A stretch of 63,893 nt of DNA, counting the filler, from Collodictyon triciliatum (taxonomy: Eukaryota): the NCBI GenBank assembly GCA_043381765.1. It is 7 parts of 7 records of this genome, joined end to end, with 100 filler letters (N's around TTAATTAATTAA, not from the genome) between each part and the next. Parts side by side here need not be neighbours in the genome. Positions count along the whole stretch, not along the records: positions 1 to 10,157 come from JBHJMP010002778.1; positions 10,258 to 20,402 come from JBHJMP010002779.1; positions 20,503 to 30,651 come from JBHJMP010002780.1; 4 more parts are not named here. One strand, written 5' to 3'. The first letter of the stretch is position 1. Each line of letters opens with the position of its first letter. A program made the translations under genes and the position numbers. The notes below the pieces were generated by a model that saw only the letters and a list, made by a program, of their open reading frames with translations, made no database searches and was not told the DNA's origin. Shown in pieces: positions 1 to 22,134 of this stretch.

Positions 1-93
<93 letters not shown>
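1..93. repeat. (TAA)n microsatellite at contig start
   Basis: Perfect TAA tandem array. Confidence 0.98.
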
Positions 94-94
<1 letters not shown>

Positions 95-162
95 GATTAG
101 TAAAGAACTGGAAGAAATGGACGAGTCGCATTGTTTATTCTTAAACAAAGACAATCTCTCAC

Positions 163-3062
163 CTCATACAAAAATAATGGCGCTCCTATCAGTGCAGAGA
201 GAGCTGCCAAGTATGTCGACTGTGTCATGATGTCGTTCTTATGGCGGCTGGGAAACGAGTTGACGGCCAGAGATGTCAACCTTTCACAACAATAAGCGTG
301 GTTAAATACCTGGCGAAGTAAACTCTCCAGACGATGTCATTTTGATATTTACTTCTTTTTTTTTTTGGCTAAACAATGGCCTTGTGAATGCATCATAGTC
401 ACACTGTTGAGTTACAATGGGCTAAAATCATATCACTGGTTACTTTTCTATTATGTCTTCGCTGTTCCCATGGCCAAGTGCGAGATTGAAAATTGCCACA
501 TACGACCACAACAACGAGTACTCAGTCATACTCTCAAGGCCAACATAAGTGTCGATCATTTGCCTTATTTGCTGGATTCCAAGGTTGATTAAGCCCGTTC
601 GCCATTGCCCGATGGTAGAGATTAAAGTCAGGTTCATCTGCAGAATGCATATGTTAGATGGCAGGTACTAATTAATCACGTTTGGGCTTTATTTTGTACT
701 TCAAGAGAAAATCAAACGAAAGATAAACAGAGTACAAATATGTCTGCAAGTTTACATCTGCTAGTGGGCTCATTGTGGCTTGCATCGCATTCTTTGATAA
801 TAAACACAAATCCTGTGCAATATCAAGCTGTCCAGAAAGAATCAGATGCGAAACAAGGTTCATTATGCCTTCCTCTCCATCCATCATCATAGAGGACCTT
901 TATGGGATAATATGAAAAACAAAGTCATCTTTTCAATGAATCCAATCAAGTGACTTTACACAAAAAGAACTTGGTTTCATAACAAAGACAGAAAAACAAC
1001 CAAAAATATGTTTACTGAGTTTATTTTCATGAATACAAACGTAAAGTTCAATTGCAGTTGAACCAATATGTCCTTAACCTTCTCAATCACAAAACTGTAT
1101 ATTTACTCTTGTTAAAATTTGATGACCAACAATTACCACAGACACGACAACAAAAAAGTAACGTTCCAACAATAAATTAATTACATAGACTATGGTTATT
1201 TAAAAAAAAATCTTATGAATCATAAGTCTATGAAACTAGAAACGATACGATACCTGGCGTAGTTATCTTGAGAATTATTAAGAAGCATGTTTGATGTTTT
1301 GACAAGACTCCCAAGTCTGATATCAAAATACTTCATAACTAATGAACCTTCGTGTGATTTTATCAAGTAGGCCAATGATTGGTCCAACCTCCCAATTTTT
1401 TCGTAAGAGTCTGACAGCTGAAGCAACGAGCTTAATCTTAGATAGTTCATGTTTGACTCGTCCGGCAATAGGAACAAAATTCTCATGGTAGCTGTTGGCT
1501 GCCTCTCTACATCCGCAAAATTTATAAGCCGTCCGGGAATAGGCGGCCTGTTACTTTGTGCAATCGGAACACCAGAACTAGGTAATGGAACAACTTGGTT
1601 GCGACTCGCTGAGCTTTGGAAACGGTGTTTCAAATACGACGGAATCATTTTCAGTTTCCTTTTCATGAGAAAAATCCGAGGAGCTGTGATACGAATCTCA
1701 TTTCCAAACCCAAAAAGCTCCAAGCTCGAGTTCATATACCTAAGAATCGAAGCAAGCTTAGTTACAAGGAAATCATGTCTAAATTTTCAACGCAAACAGA
1801 TTCTTGTTTGATGGGTGATTTTTGGATATTGATACAGCTTCATCAGCATATCCTGAGAATATGAAGATGAATCATTTATCAAAAACAAAAAAACCAAGGT
1901 TAACAAGAGAGTTAACACGAAGTAGACCAAGGAACATGTCCCAACAGATGCAACAAGAATCACTTACTCTATGGATTTCTTGAAGTCACCTTTCATATAG
2001 TGCAGAATGCCTTTTTGTCTGTGCACTTGGGCTAGTTTCATATTCTTATCGGTGCCTGCGTACGAATCTAACGATTCCAAACATACACCTATCATCTGCA
2101 GTATGCATTTTTGTTTCGGTATTTGATTATTCTCGCACGAATCGCGGTTTTTTTTATGAGACTTGATTTTGAAATCGGCATAGCACTGTATGAAAACGAA
2201 AAACAAACAAATATTTTTCCTTCATTTGATTCAAAGTAACAAACAAACAAATATTGACTATTGAATACATAAAAACAGTACCTTTAAACAATAGTCCTCA
2301 TTACCATCCACGAGATGAATTTGCGCAGACTTCATAGCGAAATCTAAGCCAAAGTTTGGAGTTCCAGGTCAATACCTCATACACCAAACGCTTTCGACAA
2401 TACAACCACATTATACCAATATAAATAGCTTGGTTGGAACCACAGCTATTGGAATATATGACTTACCGAAAGCTTTGGAATGATTTCCAGATATAAGATA
2501 ATGGCGAGCTATATCATCTGCGATAATAGCAAGTTTGTCGGTGTATGCCCTCTCCAGGTGAAAGGCGTAATCATGGTGGATTCGTTTCGCCTGACTTGGA
2601 GGTATCATCTTGTATACACCCTCGTGGAACATCTTCGATTTAAACATGTATACTTTCGGGTTGTTGGACACAATTGTTATCACATCGCTTTCTATTCCAA
2701 GGTCCAGTTCATCGCCTTTCATTTTGCATTCTTGTTTCTCACACAATGAAGCTAGCTCAGACTCCATAAAGTAGATTCCGATAGCACTATCAAGAAAAAG
2801 AGTATTTTTAAAAAAAATACTCTGACAAATTCTAATCAGAGTTTATACATTATTTACTTCATCTCTCAAATGTGATTTTGAAACGAGGTTGTTGTCGGGT
2901 GCATTCAAATATATGCCATCCACTGAAGCTCAGATTATGCAAAAGAGATTCACTACCTTGCAAGTTTAAGAACATTCAAAACCTTCGACCCAATCTTGTC
3001 CACCTCCGAGGCAAACTTTACGATAAAAATCGCAATTTTCGAAAGAAAAATGGAAAAATTAT

Positions 3063-3123
<61 letters not shown>

Positions 3124-6100
3124 AGAAGCACAAATATAATCCATGAAGAACTAAAATTGTATCTTCGACAACATTAACTCAAAATTTATCGCCCAATCAA
3201 CAAGAAAAATTTTAAAAGAAGAGATAGCCCCAAAATCTTCAAGTGGAGACAAAAAAAAAGCATCTCAATTACGAAAGTTCAGTGAAGAGAATAAACAACA
3301 CATACATACAAGTATGCATTTCGTTGCATTAAAAATGTAAAATGCAGTCTGACTTAAAGCGAATTACCAGTCCTTCAAAGCTTTCTGATGTAATGCTTCC
3401 ACGAACCGATCCGGACCGAGACACTTTTCCGCGCCCAAGCAGCTCGCGTTTGTAACGAAGTAAAAGCCTTATTGCATCTAGCAGAGGAAAGAGAAGCATA
3501 ATCAGTAATGACTACATAGTGCATTGAAGGTGTGGATGTAAAAAACATAGCATGGAACTTTAATTTATTTACCTTGTAGATATCCAGGAACACCCCCAGT
3601 CTTCTGATACAACACATCAACAAATGAATCCTCCACAGATACCCCATGACAATTCGAAAGCGCGTATTCGTGAACTTGCTCTCTTGTGAAGGGCGTAAGG
3701 TCAATGTGCCACACAAAGGGCGAACTCTTGAAGAAATTTGAGGCCCACAAATCTCCTCCCAATGTTTCGTCGAAGGTCATGCAGACAAATATTCGATGAT
3801 GTAATAAACAGAGGTCTTTGAAAAACTCGACGGTTTGTCGACTCATCCTGTTTGAAATGGAACATATGTTTGAAAAATGAAGGGTTTCCTTATGCTTGTA
3901 TCCTAATATAAATATTCACCTTTCCATGTTGCGAACCAGTATCAGCATTTTACTATCATTACAAACTTTCATGACCAATGATACAAGCAAATGTCTGATA
4001 GCGGTGTTCTTCATCCGCTGACTCCTGAAGTTAATTTCCGATTTGCAAGGTATCTTGATACTCAAAATTGGGTTTAGCAGGGAGAAGGATTTCAAATAAG
4101 CGTCTGGTGCCTGAAGTATTTGTCCATCGATTGATTTTTTGTCAGATTCGTCTCTGATGGTGTTCATTTTCCCATCTGAAACAACTCCGTCTTTCTTAAA
4201 TGTCTGAACAATAAGTTCCATAATGCATGTATTGTAAGTCTGCAATATAAAATATTTTACTTATTTATTAAAGTAAATATGGGAAGATTCCATTAAATAA
4301 TGAGAACAATAACCAGAAAATTAACGAAAGAAAAACGGATGAAGAGAAAGAGAAAGAAACCATGATAAGAACTACAAACAACCTCGTTCCTCTCCTCTGC
4401 AGTATAATATGGTTCAATCCCTATGATTTGGTCAATCATTTCCACAATCACTGAGTACGGAGAAGACGCATTGAAGTGGCTCATGACTCGGATGATATGG
4501 TATCCAGACGATTCAGCATTCTTTGATATTACATTCAACATCGTTCCTTTTCCGCATCCATGCTTCCCAGTGATAAACACGGCCTATACAAAGAGGCCGG
4601 CGTATTTTCAGTAATATGGAAAAAATTGAAGAAAAGGAGTCATATTTACTTTTTTATGGATGCCACCAGGAGATGTATGCTGCCTACAATATTGTAAGGT
4701 ATGCTCATTAATATTGATAGGAAAATATATTGACCATATGCAGCATCCTGAAACGCATATGCGCAAAGTGTATGTAACAAACAAAAAATCATCATATGAG
4801 AATTTATGTATAAAGGACACCCACGTTTTGTTATCTAGGGTATCTGTGAATTTTTCCACAATCTCCAACTCTTTGTCTCGAAATATGATCAGCCTCTTGT
4901 TCCTCTCGTCCCCAATGTCTATGTTGACGATGCCTTCGCTGTCCTCCAGTTCACTTTCGCACAGGCCAATCGGGGTCGATACATCCATCTCTTTTTCGTG
5001 TCCTGTAGTAGAACAAATCATTATTGTTATTATTTTTAGAGAAACATAATACCAACCATAATTTCTCCTTAAAGCATAAGGTTGATTTACAGCCAAAAAT
5101 ATCAGTGAATTGTCGTAAATAGAATGAATCCTAAAACCTTTTATCTTGACAGGGTCTACTTTTTTGAATTGAATCCGATGAGCGCTCGATTCTGATATGG
5201 AAGAAGCACACAGAACCCCTTTCTTTTGGGTCATCAAATGTGCTGCTATGTTGACAACATCTGCATTTATTTTTGACAAAAAAGTATGAGTGATTTCACA
5301 TATTCGACGTTGGTGGTGGCTTAGGAAACGAAAATGCTCGACTCTCCATTATATGTGTCAGTACCACCCACCTCCAACAAATGCGTACTCTCTACAGCCG
5401 TGACATGCGCACAATTTTTAATATTATTTTAAAATGATTGATTATCCAAAGCAAAAGGAAAAAGAATCCGAAATCATAGAAAAAGAAACAACGTACCTTC
5501 GTGAAATATCACCAACATCTCCACAGAATACTTGCCCCCTTGAGCAACCGATGGATGCTTCATGTCCTTTTTATTTTTTATTTTTTTTTAAAACAACGCC
5601 ATAAAACAAGTACATACAAACAGTTTAATGATGTGCTCATTCAAATACAGAGTGTAGCAGAAAAAAAAACTACGTATCTGTTGAAATCATTAATCGCTAA
5701 TCCAAACGTCAATATTAAGTTTTCATTGAATATTCCGTATATTTACAAGAATGACCTTGCTCATGAAGTTGCTTGTGAATTTCATATGCGCACAAACTTG
5801 CCCTTACTGCGTCATCTTTTTTTAAAAAGCTCACTGGTCAAAAACTGTTTCCAGACGAGAAAATGGTTATGCATTCTTTATCTTTTCCTTTCAAATGCAT
5901 AGGGTCAGACAAGAATTGCTAATAGAAAAGGAAAATCTGTTAAGAGAGTACAACCGTTATGCGTATGCCCAGGCGCACCAAAGACGAGAATCGCCACACA
6001 TCCTTTGTCATCCTGGAAATAGATAGTCAAATCGCAATCCATCAATTTTGTTAAGTTGCTATGCAAGATCGAGTGGGGATTATCTCTTACCACTAGAAAC

Positions 6101-8563
6101 TGCCTCAAGTATCCTTGGTGATGGTTACATAGCCTTTGTATGGTCGTGATACATACTTGAAGAGGCTCTAGAGACTCTTCTCCTTGAAATGTGATGCTGT
6201 CCAGACCAATCTACCCATGTAAGATGTTTTGTGTAAGGACAAGCATAACCAAGGCATTCGTGCGATTTGGAATGTCATCAAATGTAAGGGGTCTTTTGTG
6301 TCAATTTTTACTAGCACGTCCATGTTTGGATAACAGTAGCAAATGAATTTGCCTTGCCAACTCACAAAAACGATACAACAATTGCGAAGCTCTGACCCAA
6401 GTCGTGTCTCATCCTGCTCTACTCTCTTTTGCACAATGGATGTCAGAAAAGGGTATAGAACAGTCTTCCTGGATTCATAGCCAATACCAACCAACCAAAG
6501 CTACAAGTTTGATAAATCACCATATATTTGAATTTGTCTTAATATATTGGAATAATCAAGGGTATTGAAGGGTACATGTCAAACGAATGCTTAAAAGTTA
6601 AAAGAGAGTAACAGGGAATAACACAATATGTTTAATATCAAAATACCTCTAAATTGAGAGCCGATTGAGTGTCTACCATAGATGTTATCTTAGGTAATGC
6701 TGATATTGCCATACAACTTTCAATCATGGTAAATTCTTTGACTTTCTCTACAATAATTTTTTCAATAAGAGATATTTTACACAGGCGCCTGTTTCATAAT
6801 GATTTTCAAGTCAAATATGTAAAAATGAATTCTTCAGCGATTATCTCCTTTTTTTTTGAAAAGATGAATAAAGTGGTAACATAATAATATCAGTATCTGG
6901 GTTTGAGAATACTATATCCCTACTTTTTACTTTTAGGTCATCTTTTTTCGTCACAGTATGAAAACGATGTCCAGAAGAGGACTCCTATTAATGGAGAAAA
7001 ACGGATAGGGAAAAAATTAGTATCTAATTGACAGTACACATTTGTAAACCATGCATATGAATCATAAGATTACAAAGTTTATATATGAGAGTAATTCCTT
7101 TTAAATTGTCACTTATTTCTGGATGTTTTATAGTCGATATTTTACCTCACTACTAAAAATAAATAAATCTCTCCATTCCTTGTATGATTTTAAGATATCC
7201 ATTACGCTAGAATCAACACTAACTTCACCAGATTTCGAATTGCTTACACAGACAGACAGTTTTTGAAATACATGGTGTCCTGTTACCAAGTATTCATACA
7301 TCCCATTTTCGCCTGTTATAAAAGAAAAATCAGGTAGATTGACACATTGAATCATGCCAAAACTTAGGTCGGTTCTCGTCCACAAGAGAACTATGATTGG
7401 AAGTATATAGTGAATGTAAGAAAATCGGACACCTCCGCATGTTACATCAAACAACGTTCCAAAGGCGATTCCACAGTGTAAAGTAAGCTTGTTCTCGGGT
7501 GAACTCTGTTTCTTTTGGTTTGGTGACTGCAGTTTTGGAGATGATGCTCTTGATAGCTCATATGATTTTGATAACTCAACACATTCAAGTGCACATGAGA
7601 CGCATTTGGAGACGGCATCAAGAGCATCTACATGTGCATATTTGAATCGGAACTTTCTGTCTCCATTAAAACCATCACTCGCCATATTCAAAAATAAATC
7701 TTGGAATCCTTCTTCTACACGAAAAACCACTAACATCGCATCACCCGCAATTTTGATAACTTTACGTAGGAAGATTTTAGTTTTCCACTGATAATGTCAT
7801 TTTTTGTGTTTTCTAAGTAATAAAACCTTTATTTAAAATAATGCAACTAAAAAACCCAAAAAAAATAAATTCAGACCGTCGCCACCATATGAGTCTGTGA
7901 TGTTGATGATTTTTGAATAGAAAGAGTTCAAATGCCTTGACATATAATATCTTGGTTTAAACATCGAACGTACTTTGTAGCATAACATAACATAACATAA
8001 CATAACATAACATAACATAACATAACATAACATAACATAACATAACATAACATAACATAACATAACATAACATAACATAACATAACATAACATTCGAAAA
8101 TTAAAGATCAGGGTCACCTTCTAATTTGTTCAAGCCCCCACGCACCCTGCTTGCTTAATGCCTTACTGAGCTTTGTGAATCCGCTTATATCAACCAATAG
8201 AACAGCTGAAGAATAAATGAAACAAGTTAGAAAATAGCTCATAAATGAGCAGACGGTTGATTAACATACCGACTGTTTTGATTAAATATAGCCTCAAGAA
8301 AATACTTCTTTAGGTTAATATATTGTCACGGTGGGTGTAAGATTGACACGATGATAGAGAAAGATACATATGAGTGTACTACAGCTTTTGTATACATAAA
8401 ACACATTTTGACAAGAACCTCCTTTGAATCGAGCACATGACGGAGAGGGTGCGAACTCTGGCTCCAAACTCTTCTGCACAAGGATGCGAGGCAGAAAGCT
8501 TATCATAGGAAGATCGCTTTCGACGGCATTCATCCTTCCTTTTCCCAAGGAGGTATCACCCAT
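163..8563 (-). CDS. ADCY10: Soluble adenylyl cyclase type 10-like protein (two class III cyclase domains + P-loop NTPase + helical/TPR tail); multi-exon, 3' end runs off the contig
   Basis: Spliced exons read ISFLPRILVQ, AVLLVDISGFTKLS, HLNSFYSKIINITDSYGGD-VIKIAGDA, LHCGIAFG, RQFLV-DDKG, FGAPGHTH, SIGCSRGQVFCGDVG..REYAFVGDVVNIAAHLM, VKIKG, then GKHGCGKGT (P-loop), QKTGGVPGYL and IHHDYAFHLE. GT-AG introns. ATG at 8563 is tentative. Confidence 0.9.
2201..2255 (-). mobile_element. Family A micro-retroposon tip (2216-2240) with 15-bp TSD
   Basis: AAACAAACAAATATT occurs at 2201-2215 and 2241-2255. The insert between them reads GTTACTTTGAATCAAATGAAGGAAA on the minus strand. Intronic. Confidence 0.8.
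7981..8092. repeat. (CATAA)n microsatellite, intronic
   Basis: Perfect 5-bp tandem array. Confidence 0.97.
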
Positions 8564-8721
8564 TTGTCTGCCGCTGTGCCTTTTTACACCTGCGATAAAT
8601 CGTGGTAAGCAAATCAAAACAAGATGACGCCAAACATCCAGTGCTTCACAATGAAACTCTGGATATGCTTTTATTTTGTTGACAGATTTCAAAGGAGTGT
8701 GAACAAATCACACTAAACTCT

Positions 8722-8809
8722 CAAGTAGCGTCCATGCAAACGATGGCTAGCAAACCAAAGCCAACATTTTCACCATCCTGCACAAAAGTTGAAAGGAAGA
8801 ATAAAAAAA
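8722..8809 (+). mobile_element. Family B retroposon 3' fragment followed by a long A-rich tract
   Basis: Reverse complement of 47349-47436 with about 4 differences. Ends GAAAGGAAGAATAAAAAAA and is followed by an A-rich run to about 8960. No TSD recognised here. Confidence 0.75.
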
Positions 8810-10063
8810 GAAAAAGATAAATGAAAATGCGAAACGAAAAAAAGAAAGAAAAAAGAAAGAAAAAAGAAAGAAAAACGAAGAAAAAAGAAAAGAAAAAAGA
8901 AAAAAGAAAAAAGAAAAGAAAAAAGAAAAGAAAAAAGAAAAGAAAGGAAAAACGAAAAAGGATGCAGAGTATCCGATCATGTCGCTCTCATTCACTATGC
9001 TTTCCTAACCAAAAGAAAACGCAACACCAATCGCACAAATGCAAAAAATAAATAAATATACATATAATTGGGATATACGCAGCAGGCTACTCCCCAACCC
9101 GACAAACAAATTGCATCCTCTTGACAGACAACGCATTATCCCACACCCAACAAGTCAAACGCACTGCGCCTCACCAACAAACATAGCACGTAATCTGGGA
9201 TTTCAACTCAGTCTGGCCACAACCACCCCAGCTTCCTTCCCAAAGTCTTGAGTCCTGCCTCGCGACAGCCCGACAAGTAAAACTTTCGAAGGGGTAAAAA
9301 AAAAAACACAAGAAAAAAGCATATTCAATCACGAAAAAAAAATCAACAAATGTATGGCATTCCAATCGAGACCGGGTTTTAAGAAGCGAAAAAATAAATC
9401 AAAAAAAATATTTATTTGTTGAGATGCATCTCGCCGCCGTTAAACAGCTTGGAAGAACTTTCGTCAAAATTGGAGAAAAAACAGGAAAAAAATGATGTAT
9501 TATAGTAAATTGTCGTCGATAAACACTGATTCATAATTAGATGTCACTCCAAAATCGAAAGTGTTGTGGTGCTTGAAAGATGGTTGCGATGTGGGATATC
9601 ATATAGTCATGACATAGGTTAAAAAAGATTTCATGATAATTATATTTGTTTACAATTTTGATTATAATATTTGGTACATATGTATTAATTAATCATAATT
9701 AAATACTAAGAATTATATAGTATAATTTTCCACAATAAGAAATAATATATGATATGATTGCTCATGTACCGTATACAGATGGGCAAACTCTTTTTTTTTT
9801 TTTTTCGGAAAAAAACTCGAGCAAAACAGTATCAACTCCAACAAAAACACTGCGTCTTCCGCTCCTGCCAAAAGCTCTATGCATGTGCACCCGTAGAATG
9901 TATGGCAACTAACTGATAAGAGCTGTGACCTTGATTTCTCCCCTGATTCACCAAAAGCCGGATGATCGAACCAGCCTTTGACCTGGTATTGTTGCCCGTA
10001 TATCGCGTTGACAGGCAAATATCAGATGTATATGTGGAAAAAAAAAAGAAGCTAAAATCAAGC

Positions 10064-10157
10064 AAAACAAACAAACAAACAAACAAACAAACAAACAAAC
10101 AAACAAACAAACAAACAAACAAACAAACAAACAAACAAACAAACAAACAAACAAACA
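10064..10157. repeat. (AAAC)n microsatellite at contig end
   Basis: Perfect tandem array abutting the N spacer. Confidence 0.97.
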
Positions 10158-10257
10158 NNNNNNNNNNNNNNNNNNNNNNNNNNNNNNNNNNNNNNNNNNN
10201 NTTAATTAATTAANNNNNNNNNNNNNNNNNNNNNNNNNNNNNNNNNNNNNNNNNNNN
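10158..10257. other. Artificial contig spacer (44 N + TTAATTAATTAA + 44 N)
   Basis: The same 100-bp linker, with stops in all six frames, recurs six times in the window. Confidence 0.98.
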
Positions 10258-10346
<89 letters not shown>

Positions 10347-10347
10347 G
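10258..10347. repeat. (TTG)n microsatellite at contig start
   Basis: Perfect tandem array. Confidence 0.97.
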
Positions 10348-10562
10348 GATATTTTCCATGAAAACAATTCGCTCTTGGGAACAACATGTAACTTTATCTT
10401 TGTTCTCTCTTATATGATCGAGTTTGTATGTTCGTTAGCGTGGTGAAAATTGTCACATGAAATGAAGTGAATTAGCATTTCCCTGCAGAATAATATAGTG
10501 AAGTGGAAAGAGACCATTGGCCTGGTATCGATGGAATATTCAGCCATTTTTATTTATTTATC

Positions 10563-10623
<61 letters not shown>

Positions 10624-10631
10624 TTTGAAAG

Positions 10632-16166
<5,535 letters not shown>

Positions 16167-16586
16167 ATATCTGCATGGCCTTTGCCACTTCATGTCTAAT
16201 GCTGCTGCGCAACAGGCGAAGAGGCGGGGATCTGCGCTCGGGAAGCCGCGTGGCAGCCTACTAAGTGGCCCCGTTCCCTCCCAATCCTCCCTGCGGATGC
16301 TTCTCCATCCATCGCCTCCTTCTCTCCCGCGTCTAGCTTTGTACTATCCCCATCCTTGCCTGCGCGAGTTCGTCTTCCGGCCTCCTTGTTTGCCTGATTT
16401 GCGGCACACGCACTCTTCGTGGCTGGGACAAAAACAACCGAATAAAAACCGAGTAAAAATTGAATAAACGTCAAAACTAAAGAAAAGAATAGAAAAGAAA
16501 AGAATTGCGGCTCGCAAACACAAGTTTTCTGATGCGTTTGGCAGGAAGGATGGATCCCAGCGAGACGAATCCCGACCGCAGCTACG

Positions 16587-18687
<2,101 letters not shown>

Positions 18688-18939
18688 AAGAAGAGAAATG
18701 AGACGAAATAAAAAGAAAACTGAACTAAAATGAGAAAGAGAACGAAAAAGAAATGCAATTGAGGTTTTTGTTTCGTCGAGAGTGCCAGTGCACCCCGATA
18801 ACTAGTTTTTTTTTCATTCGAGCCTACAACTTTGATTTGAAATTCCATTGATTACATCCTATAAATGCGAGGCAATTCTAAAGACAAGTGGATTGAGGTA
18901 AAAGAATGGTCGGCTTGTAATTGTTTTCTGATTCCTTTT

Positions 18940-20200
18940 TATTCAATACATTTCTTTGAAAGAGATTGCCCTACTGAATACATGGGATACATGACAAGAT
19001 TGTAAGCATCTTTGTGACTTGAGATTTGTTGCGTGTAATAAAAAAGAAAGAGCTAATTGTCTTCAAATTTTCTTTCATAAAGACGGGAATACTTCGGGGT
19101 TCATAAATAGTAGATATATACCAGTTGTGCATATATTTGGTACTTAATAGGCATAGTATTTAAGTTTTTGTTTCCCGTTTCGATTGGTATAGAACGAAAA
19201 TAGTAGCGGGGCAGCCACGTCACAAAACTCTCTGTAGTCAATACCTCCGTACTAAAGTTTATACAAATCGGGTGAGACTGGATATCATCACAATGTTCCT
19301 TTCCCAATTTTCGATGCCACGATTGAAAGCCATTAAGGACATGACGATAAACAAGAAATTCACACATTTTTAGAGGCATATCATACGTAAACATAGGCAC
19401 CAACCTTGTCGGGATTAGACACTCTGGCGAGCAGGTATATTTGAGACGGTGAAAGACACAAATCCGCAGACTTTAGAACTGTCAAAATCTTGGTTTTTTT
19501 TTTTATTGAAGTAAGAGAAGCATTTATTTTGTAAAAAAAAAAGTGTTGGTCATGAACATCTAGCATAAAGGAAAATACTTCGTTATGAAGTACTGTGAAT
19601 CCAGGTTCTTTGGCCTGCCTTGCTGGCTCCACATGACCAAGGAAGCTAGCTGATTCTAAATATTCCATAAGTTTCATGTCATTTTTTTTGTTCATAATGA
19701 GAGTGTAACTAAATAATCAAGATCTGTTGACATGATTTTTTTTTGGGGTCGAAAACCGAAGTATCCAATCCAAATTCTACGGATGAAAAAGGTACATGGA
19801 ATGAAAACTGAAAATCTACTATGATATACCATCACTCCAATCTATCGTATCCATTCTACTTTTCATATACTGTTGAAAAGATTTCAACAGAGTGTAGCGG
19901 GTAAAATGTATGTCGCTAGAGAGCTGCTGGAACCTCTTGGATACACAAGCTTGAACAATATCAAATATATCTTGCAGATAGGCTCGATATTCGACAAGGC
20001 CGTTACCATCCACAGGTGCCTGTGAAGAGCAGTAAAAAGAAAATGAAAGAATAGAAAAAGAAGAATAAAATGTAAAAATGCGACGAAGAAAATAATAGAA
20101 AAAGGTTTAATATCAAAACCTATTTACAAAAAGCAATTACCTGTGAGCAGATTAATGATATTTCTCTTTGAGACAACCCTATTCCGGCCTGACATAAAGC
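18940..20200 (-). CDS. 3' part of an EF-hand-like protein; 5' end lost at the contig end, stop position uncertain
   Basis: Exons ALCQAGIGLSQREISLICSQ-APVDGNGLVEYRAYL and ILTVLKSADLCLSPSQIYLL resemble degenerate EF-hand pairs. Plausible splice sites at about 20140 and 20020. Confidence 0.5.
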
Positions 20201-20402
20201 CTGATATATATAAATGTTCGATAAAGGGTGAGGAAAGGCTTTAACTAAAAGGAGATGACAGACCAAGAATAAAACACCAAATTATAGACATAGACAGTTT
20301 CTAGTATTCAGTTATACGATATTCATTAAAGTAAATAAAAATAAAATACCACCGTACGAAAAACAAAATAACAAAAAAAAAAAAAAGAAAAAAAAAAAAA
20401 AA

Positions 20403-20502
20403 NNNNNNNNNNNNNNNNNNNNNNNNNNNNNNNNNNNNNNNNNNNNTTAATTAATTAANNNNNNNNNNNNNNNNNNNNNNNNNNNNNNNNNNNNNNNNNN
20501 NN
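20403..20502. other. Artificial contig spacer
   Basis: 44 N + TTAATTAATTAA + 44 N. Confidence 0.98.
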
Positions 20503-20577
20503 AAAAAAAAAAAAAAACACCCAAAAAAACAAAACAGAAATATTTTTTTTTTTTTTTTTTTATTAAAAAAATTAAAG

Positions 20578-22061
20578 GGAAACTTGTGCCTGTCATGGAG
20601 GCCAGGTTGGTGTCATCCAAGACATCAACACCAGATCAGCCAACAGAGATTCCCAAGTCGAGGTTCAATCATACAATTATAAGAACTTATGTGATACAAC
20701 CAGCAAGAATGCCCACTCTTCCTCTCTAGTGTCCACATTGTTCATGATTTAGGTGTTTCTCAATCAAGGGACGCTGAGTATGTTAAAACTATTGAGTCTA
20801 ATTGAAAATGGCCATGTATGCGCTAGAATACCACCGCAAAAAACCACACGTTCATTGCGACCTCCCTCTGCTCAACCAGCAAAGCCGAAGCAAGAAAAAG
20901 GAATTTCTCACCGGTCATTGTATCCTATTCATATTGATATCGATATCGGGGATGGGAGAGTAATTTTATCTTCCACATTCTAACGAATTTGTCTAAATAA
21001 AAATCGCTCTGAAGAAAATCTTTTACACATTTCAAATACACGTCTTATTCATGATATACTGAAACAATAGAAGGAAGAAACGAAAAATTATGCGCCAAAT
21101 GTACGTACGAATACGCATGCACATGCATATACACATATATAGGTTGGTCAAGTTGCATACATGCCAGGAGATGACGCTAAAGGTCTAGCCTCCGCTTTTG
21201 TTCGAAAGTATCAATTGGATGCCAGTATTGGACCACAGCTCGCCTCTATGATTACATCGCAAGTGAGGGCGTACAAAGGAATCAAAGCAATAGACACATC
21301 CCATTCTAAAACTTCTACGGCCGAAGGGAAAGTGCAGGGTTCAACACCACAATCACCAGTATCACAGAGATCACAAACAGACACTGCAAACCCGCTTTTT
21401 ACCCTGGATATCGAAGTCGCAAATGGAAAGGTAGTATTGCCCGGACCATACTTAACTTCTCATCCTACTACCCAATCGTAACTCCTTTATTCTTTAAATT
21501 TCCAGTACAATGTTTTCATCTATACTTTTATTTTATTTTATTAAATTCATCACCAAAAACTTCCTTCTATAAATCAATTTCAAATCGGTTTTCTTTTGAA
21601 TAAATAAAGGGGAAATATGAGTAAAACAAATTTTTTATGCAAACGATAAGAAAATATCTAATATTTAAAGTCTTATCAGCTGCCGTATAAAATGCAGGTC
21701 GGGACCATAACTATATACGAGAATGATAATCCTATGGAAATTGCATTAAAGTTTGTTAGGAAGCACAAGATTAATGAGACAGCAGCAAAAGAAATTGCTG
21801 ATTTGATCGAGAAGCAGCAGAATCTATTGGATCATCGTAACCAACAAACCAGCCAAAACGTGAACGATTTTACGTCATATAATGGTGAATTTTTGGATAA
21901 CATCACATCCCAAGAATTTTATTTTTCCTTAATACATCAGATGCTTTACGTGATTTCGTTTTTTTTTTTTGTATGTATGTATGTATGTATGTATGTATGT
22001 ATGTATGTATGTATGTATGTATGTATGTATGTATGTATGTATGTATGTATGTATGTATGTA

Positions 22062-22134
<73 letters not shown>

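Noticed and set aside
8722-8809. Shared 5' UTR exon between the cyclase locus and 47349-47436
   Set aside because: The TSDs and poly(A) at the other two copies show it is a retroposon end rather than a duplicated exon.
9830-10030. Possible exon near the contig 1 end
   Set aside because: No recognisable protein motif or clear splice sites in any frame.
10202-10213. TTAATTAATTAA recurring every ~10.25 kb as a biological periodic element
   Set aside because: Always centred in exactly 44+44 Ns; it is a six-frame-stop assembly linker.
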